DNA of 64,000 nucleotides from Bacillales bacterium (GTDB taxonomy: Bacteria; Bacillota; Bacilli; JARBTR01), in assembly GCA_031554185.1 (NCBI GenBank), contig JAVBKE010000023.1, forward strand, positions 15,597 through 79,596, read 5' to 3'. Position numbers and translations under genes: made by a program. Positions 38,963 to 44,582 of the stretch are shown here, in pieces. Numbering within the stretch: the stretch's first letter is position 1; each line of letters opens with the position of its first letter. A model generated the notes under the pieces. It was not told where the DNA came from, did no database searches, and saw nothing but the letters and a program-made list of their open reading frames with translations.

Positions 38963-39088
38963 ATGAAAGCTTATCGCATTACATCGTGGAATCAACCCGA
39001 ACTCGTAATTAGGGAGTTTTCAGTTTAGTTAGTTTAACACAAAAACGTCAATAAACAAGAAAGCTCCCAACCACCCGGGAGCTTTTTA
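38963..39088 (+). ncRNA. candidate small RNA (promoter-to-terminator unit, ~125 nt)
   Basis: bounded by ext -10 promoter (38948) and terminator (39060-39090); no RBS; only a 21-codon ORF. Confidence 0.25.
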
Positions 39089-39090
39089 TC
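39060..39090 (+). terminator. rho-independent terminator
   Basis: aaagctccc-aaccacc-gggagcttt hairpin plus TTTTT. Confidence 0.55.
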
Positions 39091-39184
39091 TTAACAATCA
39101 AAATACAGGGAATTAGGCTAATGGTAAACCTTTGGATTCCAAACCCAACATTTACAGTTCAAATCTGTAATTCCCTGCCAATAT

Positions 39185-39261
39185 GCCACTTTAGCTCAGC
39201 TGGTTAGAGCAACTGCTTTGTAAGCAGTAGGTCCTCGGTTCGAATCCGAGAAGTGGCTCCA
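39185..39261 (+). tRNA. tRNA-Thr: tRNA-Thr (anticodon TGT)
   Basis: acceptor gccactt/aagtggc, anticodon stem actgc/gcagt loop tttgtaa, T arm ctcgg-ttcgaat-ccgag, CCA encoded. Confidence 0.75.
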
Positions 39262-39264
39262 AAT

Positions 39265-39278
39265 AAAGTATTTACTTT
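39265..39278. promoter_or_regulatory. operator-like palindrome AAAGTATTTACTTT
   Basis: inverted-repeat motif between first tRNA and rest of array. Confidence 0.4.
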
Positions 39279-39439
39279 TTAATATAAGTGAATTATAATA
39301 ATTAAGAACTTTAAAAATTAACAACTGGCGGACAAGGCTTTGGCGCAAGTATAAGAGATTGAAAAATTGAGTCTCAGTTTTCACACTGGAAAATTATACG
39401 TTAAATAGCGATGGGTAGCGAGTGGCCAGTTTCAAGCAT

Positions 39440-39513
39440 AGCAGGGAAAGATTTGGTAATCTATCTTGTCTCATAAGCAAGAGGTGAAGGTTCGATTCCT
39501 TCCCTTGCATCCA
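39440..39513 (+). tRNA. tRNA-like, CAT anticodon (Met/Ile2), non-canonical
   Basis: anticodon stem cttgt/gcaag loop ctcataa, T arm gaagg-ttcgatt-ccttc, CCA; A1.A72 mismatch, short D loop, extra nt at position 26. Confidence 0.3.
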
Positions 39514-39519
39514 ATTTGA

Positions 39520-39594
39520 TGGGCGATGGTGTAATGGTTAGCACAGAACTTTCATACGGTTCAAGTCAAAGTTCAACTCTTTGTTGCCCAACCA
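39520..39594 (+). tRNA. tRNA-Met: tRNA-Met/Ile2 (anticodon CAT)
   Basis: acceptor tgggcga/ttgccca, D loop aatggtta, anticodon stem gaact/ggttc loop ttcatac, T arm caaag-ttcaact-ctttg, CCA. Confidence 0.7.
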
Positions 39595-39601
39595 AAAACA
39601 T

Positions 39602-39677
39602 CAGGGTAAAGTGTTGATGGTAACACACTCGGCCTGGAACCGAGAGATTGTGAGTTCGACCCTCGCAACCCTGACCA
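39602..39677 (+). tRNA. tRNA-Pro: tRNA-Pro (anticodon TGG)
   Basis: acceptor cagggta/aaccctg, anticodon stem ctcgg/ccgag loop cctggaa, T arm gtgag-ttcgacc-ctcgc, CCA. Confidence 0.75.
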
Positions 39678-39749
39678 CGAGAGTTAGTGTAAATGCTAAC
39701 ACGCTTTCCATAGGGGAAAGAAAAGGTGGTTCAACTCCATCACTCTCGA
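39678..39749 (+). tRNA. tRNA-like, undetermined isotype (anticodon loop cATAGGg; TAG if canonical)
   Basis: perfect acceptor cgagagt/actctcg, D stem gtgt/acac with D loop aaatgcta (no GG), anticodon stem ctttc/gaaag, T arm ggtgg-ttcaact-ccatc, A73, no CCA; position 33 is A. Confidence 0.4.
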
Positions 39750-39755
39750 ACATGA

Positions 39756-39841
39756 GCTAGAGCGACGAAGTGGGAGAGTCGTGGCAGACTGTAAATCTGT
39801 TCCCGTTGGGTGAGTAGGTTCGAATCCTACCTCTGGCACCA
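39756..39841 (+). tRNA. tRNA-Tyr: tRNA-Tyr (anticodon GTA), long variable arm
   Basis: acceptor gctagag/ctctggc, anticodon stem gcaga/tctgt loop ctgtaaa, long variable arm, T arm gtagg-ttcgaat-cctac, CCA. Confidence 0.75.
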
Positions 39842-39847
39842 AATTAT

Positions 39848-39921
39848 AGGGGATTAGTATAATGGTAGAACGTTGCTCTGATGTGGCGAAGGTATAGGTT
39901 CAATTCCTTTATCCCCTACCA
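39848..39921 (+). tRNA. tRNA-Ile: tRNA-Ile (anticodon GAT)
   Basis: perfect acceptor aggggat/atcccct, anticodon stem ttgct/ggcga loop ctgatgt, T loop ttcaatt, CCA. Confidence 0.7.
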
Positions 39922-40316
39922 AAAAAGCACATTAACAAGTGATTATATAGTTTTATGAGCAAATGAGTCGAACGAAAGTTTAACGCTCTGTTTTCAAACA
40001 GGAACCTCATTTGTTCAGGTAAATTACACGTGGTGGAAAATTAGGTAGACACTATAGGACGCAATAAGTATCGGGAAAAGATGGTAGCGTTGTGGAATGT
40101 AACACCCAGATTTTCTTCTAAGTACACGAAGAAAGATTACGTTGGCGGTAACTGGCAACAGATTGCGTCAAGGGAGCATCCGCGCCGGTGACTCGATATA
40201 TGCAAGGTTAACTATTCTAGTTGCAATGTAAGCTAGAATATTCTCTATGAGATATTTGAATAAAGCTATTGCCTAGACAAACCCTTGCCGTGTTATTTCA
40301 TAGAACTATATAATTA

Positions 40317-40391
40317 GCCCACATAGTGAAACGGATATAATATTAGTCTTCGAAACTAAAGTTTCAGGTTCGAATCCTGATGAGGGCACCA
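40317..40391 (+). tRNA. tRNA-Arg: tRNA-Arg (anticodon TCG)
   Basis: acceptor gcccaca/tgagggc (one mismatch), anticodon stem ttagt/actaa loop cttcgaa, T arm tcagg-ttcgaat-cctga, CCA. Confidence 0.65.
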
Positions 40392-40396
40392 AATTT

Positions 40397-40471
40397 GCAA
40401 GTGAAGTGTTTATGGTTGCACTTCTGCCTTCCAAGCAGAGAGACAGAGTTCGAATCTCTGCACTTGCACCA
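40397..40471 (+). tRNA. tRNA-Gly: tRNA-Gly (anticodon TCC)
   Basis: perfect acceptor gcaagtg/cacttgc, D gtgt..gcac, anticodon stem tctgc/gcaga loop cttccaa, T arm cagag-ttcgaat-ctctg, CCA. Confidence 0.8.
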
Positions 40472-40475
40472 ATAA

Positions 40476-40552
40476 GCTCCGGTAGCTCAAATGGATAGAG
40501 TAATAGGTTTCTACCCTACAGGTTGGGGGTTCGAATCCCTCTCGGAGTACCA
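40476..40552 (+). tRNA. tRNA-Arg: tRNA-Arg (anticodon TCT)
   Basis: acceptor gctccgg/tcggagt, anticodon loop tttctac, T arm ggggg-ttcgaat-ccctc, CCA. Confidence 0.65.
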
Positions 40553-40563
40553 TTAACAATTTA

Positions 40564-40638
40564 GGGGTGTTCGTATAACGGTTATTACTGTTGCTTTGCA
40601 AGCAACGAACCAGAGTTCGACTCTCTGACACTCCACCA
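40564..40638 (+). tRNA. tRNA-Ala: tRNA-Ala (anticodon TGC)
   Basis: acceptor ggggtgt/acactcc with G3.U70, anticodon stem gttgc/gcaac loop tttgcaa, T arm cagag-ttcgact-ctctg, CCA. Confidence 0.75.
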
Positions 40639-40644
40639 AAACGA

Positions 40645-40720
40645 GCGGGTATAGCCAAGTGGTTAAGGCGCTGGATTTTCATTCCAGTATTCGTCGGTTC
40701 GAATCCGTCTACCCGTACCA
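40645..40720 (+). tRNA. tRNA-Glu: tRNA-Glu (anticodon TTC)
   Basis: acceptor gcgggta/tacccgt, anticodon stem ctgga/tccag loop ttttcat, T loop ttcgaat, CCA. Confidence 0.75.
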
Positions 40721-40723
40721 AAT

Positions 40724-40801
40724 GCTTCTCTATCCCAACTGGCAGAGGAGAACGGCTCAAACCCGTTTAATGTCTCAGTTCGAATCTGAGGAGAAGCACC
40801 A
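40724..40801 (+). tRNA. tRNA with Leu anticodon CAA but short (6-nt) variable arm
   Basis: perfect acceptor gcttctc/gagaagc, anticodon stem aacgg/ccgtt loop ctcaaac, T arm ctcag-ttcgaat-ctgag, A73, CCA. Confidence 0.55.
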
Positions 40802-40804
40802 TAC

Positions 40805-40889
40805 GCATAAGTGGTGGAACTGGTATACACGCGTGTCTTAGAAGCACGTGCCGAAAGGATTGAGAGTTCAAGTCTCTCCTTATGCACCA
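40805..40889 (+). tRNA. tRNA-Leu: tRNA-Leu (anticodon TAG), canonical long variable arm
   Basis: perfect acceptor gcataag/cttatgc, anticodon stem cgtgt/gcacg loop cttagaa, 13-nt variable arm, T arm gagag-ttcaagt-ctctc, CCA. Confidence 0.8.
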
Positions 40890-40893
40890 ACAA

Positions 40894-40969
40894 GCTTCTG
40901 TAGCCCAAAGGCAGAGGCAAACGACTTAAGATCGTTAAAGTGTTGGTTCGACTCCAACCAGAAGCACCA
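40894..40969 (+). tRNA. tRNA with Leu anticodon TAA but short (5-nt) variable arm
   Basis: perfect acceptor gcttctg/cagaagc, anticodon stem aacga/tcgtt loop cttaaga, T arm gttgg-ttcgact-ccaac, A73, CCA; canonical 76-nt class I cloverleaf. Confidence 0.6.
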
Positions 40970-41024
40970 GCGCATGTACTGGTAAGATGATATAATAAGT
41001 GTATTATCTAAAAGGAATAAATAT

Positions 41025-41210
41025 ATGCTCTTAACAGTTTTCGCAGCAGTAATCGTAATACTATTGTTTGTATTATTCATAAGGCTGATAGCCTCGTTGT
41101 TTTCTACAGCGATTCGACCATTATCAGAAAAGAATAATTCAGTTTACACAATTGTTACAGCGATTTTAGCTGCATTAGCACTATGGTGGCTATTGTCACT
41201 AGTGCTGTAG
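41025..41210 (+). CDS. small hydrophobic membrane protein (61 aa, 2 predicted TM) embedded in tRNA array
   Basis: ORF MLLTVFAAVIVILLFVLF... between tRNA blocks; weak RBS. Confidence 0.4.
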   Translation: MLLTVFAAVIVILLFVLFIRLIASLFSTAIRPLSEKNNSVYTIVTAILAALALWWLLSLVL

Positions 41211-41212
41211 AT

Positions 41213-41298
41213 GGAAGATATCCGGCCGGATGAGGACACCGCTTTGAAAGCGGCTGGGTGTTAAAGCCTTCAGGGTTCGAGTCCCTGGTCTTCCGCCA
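41213..41298 (+). tRNA. tRNA-Ser: tRNA-Ser (anticodon TGA), long variable arm
   Basis: acceptor ggaagat/gtcttcc, anticodon stem ccgc/gcgg loop tttgaaa, long variable arm, T arm caggg-ttcgagt-ccctg, G73, CCA. Confidence 0.75.
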
Positions 41299-41301
41299 AA
41301 T

Positions 41302-41377
41302 GCCCATATAGTGTAGCGGTTTGCATACTTCCCTGTCACGGAAGAGGCCACGGGTTCAAATCCCGTTGTGGGCGCCA
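41302..41377 (+). tRNA. tRNA-Asp: tRNA-Asp (anticodon GTC)
   Basis: acceptor gcccata/tgtgggc, anticodon stem cttcc/ggaag loop ctgtcac, T arm acggg-ttcaaat-cccgt, G73, CCA. Confidence 0.8.
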
Positions 41378-41382
41378 GATAA

Positions 41383-41457
41383 TGCGTATTCGTCCAACGG
41401 TTAGGACATCGGACTTATATTCCGACAACATCAGTTCAACTCTGATATACGCTACCA
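41383..41457 (+). tRNA. tRNA-Ile: tRNA-Ile (anticodon TAT)
   Basis: acceptor tgcgtat/atacgct (U1.U72 mismatch), D gtcc..ggac, anticodon stem tcgga/tccga loop cttatat, T arm atcag-ttcaact-ctgat, CCA. Confidence 0.6.
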
Positions 41458-41462
41458 AGTAA

Positions 41463-41538
41463 GCTCCCTTAGCTCAATGGCTAGAGCGCCCTCCTTACAA
41501 GTGGGAGGTTCCTGGTTCGAATCCAGGAGGGAGTACCA
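41463..41538 (+). tRNA. tRNA-Val: tRNA-Val (anticodon TAC)
   Basis: acceptor gctccct/agggagt, D gctc..gagc, anticodon loop cttacaa, T arm cctgg-ttcgaat-ccagg, CCA. Confidence 0.75.
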
Positions 41539-41543
41539 AGTAA

Positions 41544-41617
41544 TCCCTTGTGGTGAAATGGTATCACAATTGGCTGTTAACCAATCATTTCAGGTTCAAG
41601 TCCTGGCGAGGGAGCCA
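41544..41617 (+). tRNA. tRNA-Asn: tRNA-Asn (anticodon GTT)
   Basis: acceptor tcccttg/cgaggga, D gtga..tcac, anticodon stem attgg/ccaat loop ctgttaa, T loop ttcaagt, G73, CCA. Confidence 0.8.
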
Positions 41618-41623
41618 AAATAT

Positions 41624-41699
41624 GGTGAGCATAGTGTAATAGTTCGCACGTCACCCTGTGAAGGTGAAGGAACTGGTGCAAATCCAGTTGTTTACCCCA
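41624..41699 (+). tRNA. tRNA-His: tRNA-His (anticodon GTG) with G-1
   Basis: extra 5' G pairing with C73 (His identity), acceptor gtgagca/tgtttac, anticodon stem tcacc/ggtga loop ctgtgaa, T arm actgg-tgcaaat-ccagt, CCA. Confidence 0.8.
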
Positions 41700-41704
41700 A
41701 ATAG

Positions 41705-41780
41705 TAGGAAGTAGCTTAATCGGTAGAGCATCGAGCTTTGAACTCGAAGGTTGCAGGTTCGACCCCTGCCTTCCTAGCCA
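41705..41780 (+). tRNA. tRNA-Gln: tRNA-Gln (anticodon TTG)
   Basis: perfect acceptor taggaag/cttccta, anticodon stem tcgag/ctcga loop ctttgaa, T arm gcagg-ttcgacc-cctgc, G73, CCA. Confidence 0.8.
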
Positions 41781-41784
41781 AATT

Positions 41785-41877
41785 GGAAGATTGGCGGAGC
41801 TTGGTTTATCGCACTTCATTGCTAATGAAGCGTGTGGAGAGATCCCACCGTAGGTTCGAATCCTGCATCTTCCGCCA
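41785..41877 (+). tRNA. tRNA-Ser: tRNA-Ser (anticodon GCT), long variable arm
   Basis: acceptor ggaagat/atcttcc (identical to the other Ser tRNA), anticodon stem cttca/tgaag loop ttgctaa, long variable arm, T loop ttcgaat, G73, CCA. Confidence 0.8.
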
Positions 41878-42015
41878 AATTGTTTACTTTAAATCTTTCG
41901 TGTGATATAATTCTTAATATGATTAACTTAACCTGTAAAACAACCAAAAAGTTTACGATCTCCAGTCGGAGAAACGATTATTTGGTTTAATATCTAGTTA
42001 AAAAATCATAAATCG

Positions 42016-42041
42016 AACTCCGGCTGATAGCGGAGTTTTTT
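42016..42041 (+). terminator. rho-independent terminator inside tRNA array
   Basis: aactccg-gctgatag-cggagtt hairpin plus TTTTTT. Confidence 0.5.
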
Positions 42042-42045
42042 ATTT

Positions 42046-42120
42046 GCCCCCATAGCTCAATGGTAGAGCACCATCCTTGTAAGATGGCGACGAAAGTTCG
42101 ATTCTGTTCTGGGGGAGCCA
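42046..42120 (+). tRNA. tRNA-Thr-like (anticodon TGT), irregular T-arm/acceptor (possible pseudo-tRNA)
   Basis: acceptor gccccca/tggggga with G1.A72 mismatch, perfect D stem gctc/gagc, anticodon stem ccatc/gatgg loop cttgtaa, T loop ttcgatt with weak stem and an extra c, CCA. Confidence 0.45.
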
Positions 42121-42123
42121 AAC

Positions 42124-42197
42124 GGGTTGATAGTTCAACGGTAGAATAACTGGCTCTTAACCAGTCCACGAAGGTTCGACACCTTCTCAGCCCACCA
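42124..42197 (+). tRNA. tRNA-Lys: tRNA-Lys (anticodon CTT)
   Basis: acceptor gggttga/tcagccc, anticodon stem actgg/ccagt loop ctcttaa, T arm gaagg-ttcgaca-ccttc, CCA. Confidence 0.75.
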
Positions 42198-42205
42198 AAA
42201 TATAT

Positions 42206-42280
42206 GCCTTCGTAGCATAGAAGTAAATGCACCTGCCTGAAGAGCAGGGGAATACAGTGCGATTCTGTACGTTGGCACCA
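42206..42280 (+). tRNA. tRNA-Phe: tRNA-Phe (anticodon GAA)
   Basis: acceptor gccttcg/cgttggc (two U.U mismatches at 4:69 and 5:68), perfect D stem gcat/atgc but D loop lacks GG, anticodon stem cctgc/gcagg loop ctgaaga, T arm tacag-tgcgatt-ctgta, CCA. Confidence 0.65.
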
Positions 42281-42284
42281 GTTT

Positions 42285-42358
42285 GGATCCTTGGCTTATC
42301 GGCTGAGCACTTGGCTTTTAACCAAGCGAGAGAGGTTCGACTCCTCTAGGATCCACCA
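42285..42358 (+). tRNA. tRNA-Lys: tRNA-Lys (anticodon TTT)
   Basis: perfect acceptor ggatcct/aggatcc, anticodon stem cttgg/ccaag loop cttttaa, T arm agagg-ttcgact-cctct, CCA. Confidence 0.8.
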
Positions 42359-42362
42359 TTAT

Positions 42363-42438
42363 GGCGTTGTGGGGGAGTGGTTTCACCCGTGTGCCTGCAA
42401 AGCACAAGACGTTGGTTCAAATCCAACCTGCGCTTCCA
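42363..42438 (+). tRNA. tRNA-Cys: tRNA-Cys (anticodon GCA)
   Basis: anticodon stem tgtgc/gcaca loop ctgcaaa, T arm gttgg-ttcaaat-ccaac, U73 discriminator (Cys identity), CCA. Confidence 0.75.
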
Positions 42439-42475
42439 TATTCACATTAAAGATTATTTGTTGTAGAATATTTCT

Positions 42476-42790
42476 ATGGAGAAAATTAGAGATTCTACCG
42501 GATGTCCTCCGGATATTTGCGGGACAGATGAATGTTTTGTTTTTAGAACAACTGGTGAATGCTTTGAAGATATTCATCATGAATTTCACCCTAGGAGAGA
42601 ATACAAAACAGGACTCGAAAGAAAGTTTCGAGAAATACCAGAGTTTAAAACTATTTTGTGCAGAGCTTCACATCAATTGATTCATGCAATGATCGATAAA
42701 AGAATTGAACCTTTGCCAGAAAAACCAGATCGCGTATTCATGTTAAACGCACTGCAAGAAGCACGACGATCAACAATGGTCAATAATTAA
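42476..42790 (+). CDS. HNH endonuclease
   Basis: CPPDICGTDEC...HHEFHPRREY...LCRASHQLIH HNH/Zn motifs; flanks tRNA array. Confidence 0.55.
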   Translation: MEKIRDSTGCPPDICGTDECFVFRTTGECFEDIHHEFHPRREYKTGLERKFREIPEFKTILCRASHQLIHAMIDKRIEPLPEKPDRVFMLNALQEARRSTMVNN

Positions 42791-42810
42791 TATACTTTCA
42801 CTAGACACTA

Positions 42811-42819
42811 TGGTATAAT
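42811..42819 (+). promoter_or_regulatory. extended -10 promoter TGGTATAAT
   Basis: TGnTATAAT upstream of SLT gene. Confidence 0.35.
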
Positions 42820-42985
42820 TGATCAGTCCAATTTTGAAAAGATAGTTTCTAATATTAGATAAATTATCCTATTATTCTGAGGACAAATATGAGTAGAAAT
42901 AAACGAACAATACAAGTTCCGCAAACGAAATTCATCACGACTAATTTTAGTCGTGTTTTTATTTGTGAACAAAAAAGGAGCGAAA

Positions 42986-43717
42986 ATGCTTAAATTAAAA
43001 CAATCTTTAAAAGGCTTTAAACAAAAGCTCAGACGTAAACACACACCAATGACGAAAGAAAAATTATCAAAACGTCTTAAAGTTTTGAAATGGATAATTT
43101 TGTTTTTGGTTCTTTCTGTTTTAGTGGCAATTGTATTTAACATAATACAAAGTGGAGAAATCAATAAGAGACAAAGAGAGATTGAAAATCGACAAATCCA
43201 AATTGAGCAAATCGACACAAAGTTAAATGACTCCAGGAAAAAACTTGACGATCAAGAAATCACTGTTCAAGAATATCAAAAAGAAGTCGATAAGTTAAAC
43301 AAAGAAAAAGAAGACCTGAATTCACAACTACAAGCAAAAGTTGAACGGCAGAAGCAAGAACAAATTGCATACGCCGAATCACAAAAGAAAGTTTCAGTTC
43401 AACAAACAGTCTCTCAACCAGTTCAATCTTCACCTCAAGTTTCAGGATCAAAAGCGGATTGGTTAGCTGCTTCAGGAATTCCTCAAAGTGAATGGGGGTA
43501 TGTTGATAGCATTGTTACAAAAGAAAGTGGATGGAATCCAAATGCAGTTAATTCTAGTTCTGGGGCATGTGGTCTAGGTCAACAACTTCCATGCGGAAAG
43601 TGGGCAGGAGCTTGGAATGATCCAGTCGCTGCTTTAGTTGCGATGAATGGATATGTTCAAAAATATGGTGGTTGGGCAGGAGCTGTGTCATTCTGGCAAA
43701 CTAATAGGTGGTATTAA
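42986..43717 (+). CDS. membrane-anchored lytic transglycosylase (SLT domain) with coiled-coil
   Basis: N-terminal TM helix, coiled coil, C-terminal ESGWNPNAVNSSSGACGLGQ (SLT ES...GLxQ motif); ATG 42986 after AAGGAG (track start 42953). Confidence 0.6.
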   Translation: MLKLKQSLKGFKQKLRRKHTPMTKEKLSKRLKVLKWIILFLVLSVLVAIVFNIIQSGEINKRQREIENRQIQIEQIDTKLNDSRKKLDDQEITVQEYQKEVDKLNKEKEDLNSQLQAKVERQKQEQIAYAESQKKVSVQQTVSQPVQSSPQVSGSKADWLAASGIPQSEWGYVDSIVTKESGWNPNAVNSSSGACGLGQQLPCGKWAGAWNDPVAALVAMNGYVQKYGGWAGAVSFWQTNRWY

Positions 43718-43725
43718 GGAGTCAT

Positions 43726-43821
43726 ATGAAAATTTCTAAAACAATGTTTCCAAAAAGATTTAAAAAAGCAGAACTTCCAAAAGAAGGCATTAAAGTTAGT
43801 ATGTACTTCGAAGAATCATAA
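43726..43821 (+). CDS. small basic peptide (31 aa)
   Basis: AAGGAG RBS 5 nt upstream of ATG, terminator hairpin immediately downstream. Confidence 0.35.
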   Translation: MKISKTMFPKRFKKAELPKEGIKVSMYFEES

Positions 43822-43840
43822 TTAACTACAAACAAATTTG

Positions 43841-43866
43841 AGCATCGAAAGGTGCTCTTTTTAATT
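43841..43866 (+). terminator. rho-independent terminator
   Basis: gagca-tcgaaagg-tgctc hairpin plus TTTTT. Confidence 0.45.
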
Positions 43867-43868
43867 AA

Positions 43869-43882
43869 AAAGTATTTACTTA
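43869..43882. promoter_or_regulatory. operator-like palindrome AAAGTATTTACTTA followed by ttagcatagataatatataat promoter
   Basis: inverted-repeat motif; same architecture as the site at 48823. Confidence 0.4.
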
Positions 43883-44025
43883 TTAGCATAGATAATATAT
43901 AATGCTTATATCAATCTAATATAGGATTGAAGAACATTTACCACTACTTAGATAGATTAAGGCGAAACAAATTTCAATTCGTGAGAGAAATTGAAGTGTG
44001 AGGGTAGGTCTTAATCTATCATCTT

Positions 44026-44100
44026 GCTTGCGTAGCTCAGAGGCAGAGCGCTTCCCTGTCACGGAAGAGGTCGAGATTTCAAAATTCTTCGTAGGCGCCA
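44026..44100 (+). tRNA. tRNA-Asp-like (anticodon GTC), diverged second copy outside main array
   Basis: acceptor gcttgcg/cgtaggc, perfect D stem gctc/gagc, anticodon arm identical to the array tRNA-Asp (cttcc-ctgtcac-ggaag), weak T arm gaga-ttcaaaa-tctt, G73, CCA. Confidence 0.45.
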
Positions 44101-44184
44101 ACATAAGGAGGGTATTATGAAACAAATCAACGTAAAAATCGTAAGTGAAACATATCACATCGACGTCAACATAAAAGGAATTTA

Positions 44185-44370
44185 ATGAATACATTTGTAC
44201 AAATAGTTCTATGCATCTTAATAGTTTTTCAATTCTTATCAATAATTCTTTCTCCATTTAAGGTTCGAAAAGAAAACGAAACTGGAGGAACAATTGCATT
44301 AGGAATACTGCTAAACATTTGTTTCATAGCTTTGTACATTTATTTGTTTAATGTTCTAAGGAATCTATAG
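44185..44370 (+). CDS. small membrane protein (2 TM)
   Basis: 61-aa hydrophobic ORF. Confidence 0.4.
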   Translation: MNTFVQIVLCILIVFQFLSIILSPFKVRKENETGGTIALGILLNICFIALYIYLFNVLRNL

Positions 44371-44378
44371 GAGGATTT

Positions 44379-44582
44379 ATGGCAGGAACCAAAGCAGGTG
44401 CCGCAAAAGCAAAAGCAACTAATATTGCTAGGCATGGTGAGGAATTTTACGCATTGATCGGAGCAAAAGGTGGTCGTAATGGTCACACCGGTGGCTTTGC
44501 CGCTAACCGAGATCTAGCCCGAATTGCTGGCGCGAAAGGTGGAAAAATTAGTAAAAGAGGAAAGGTAAAGGAAACAATATAA
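44379..44582 (+). CDS. KGG-repeat general stress protein-like (YciG/Con-10 family motif)
   Basis: repeated GAKGG / GAKGGK motifs in a 67-aa protein; GGAGG RBS. Confidence 0.5.
   Translation: MAGTKAGAAKAKATNIARHGEEFYALIGAKGGRNGHTGGFAANRDLARIAGAKGGKISKRGKVKETI

Noticed and set aside
39196-39384. 62-aa minus-strand ORF overlapping the first tRNA-Thr
   Set aside because: Overlaps a tRNA gene and promoter/operator elements; a chance ORF in AT-rich sequence
40410-42680. Seven ORFs from the six-frame track across the tRNA array (40410-40760, 40663-40920, 41477-41704, 41577-41819, 41987-42232, 42291-42680, 42383-42589)
   Set aside because: Each lies on top of multiple tRNA genes; translations are artefacts of GC-rich tRNA sequence with no stops
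39185-44100. Search for tRNA-Trp (loop ..CCA..) among array members and gaps
   Set aside because: No cloverleaf with a CCA anticodon could be built; the odd 39678 tRNA-like gene cannot be folded to present CCA
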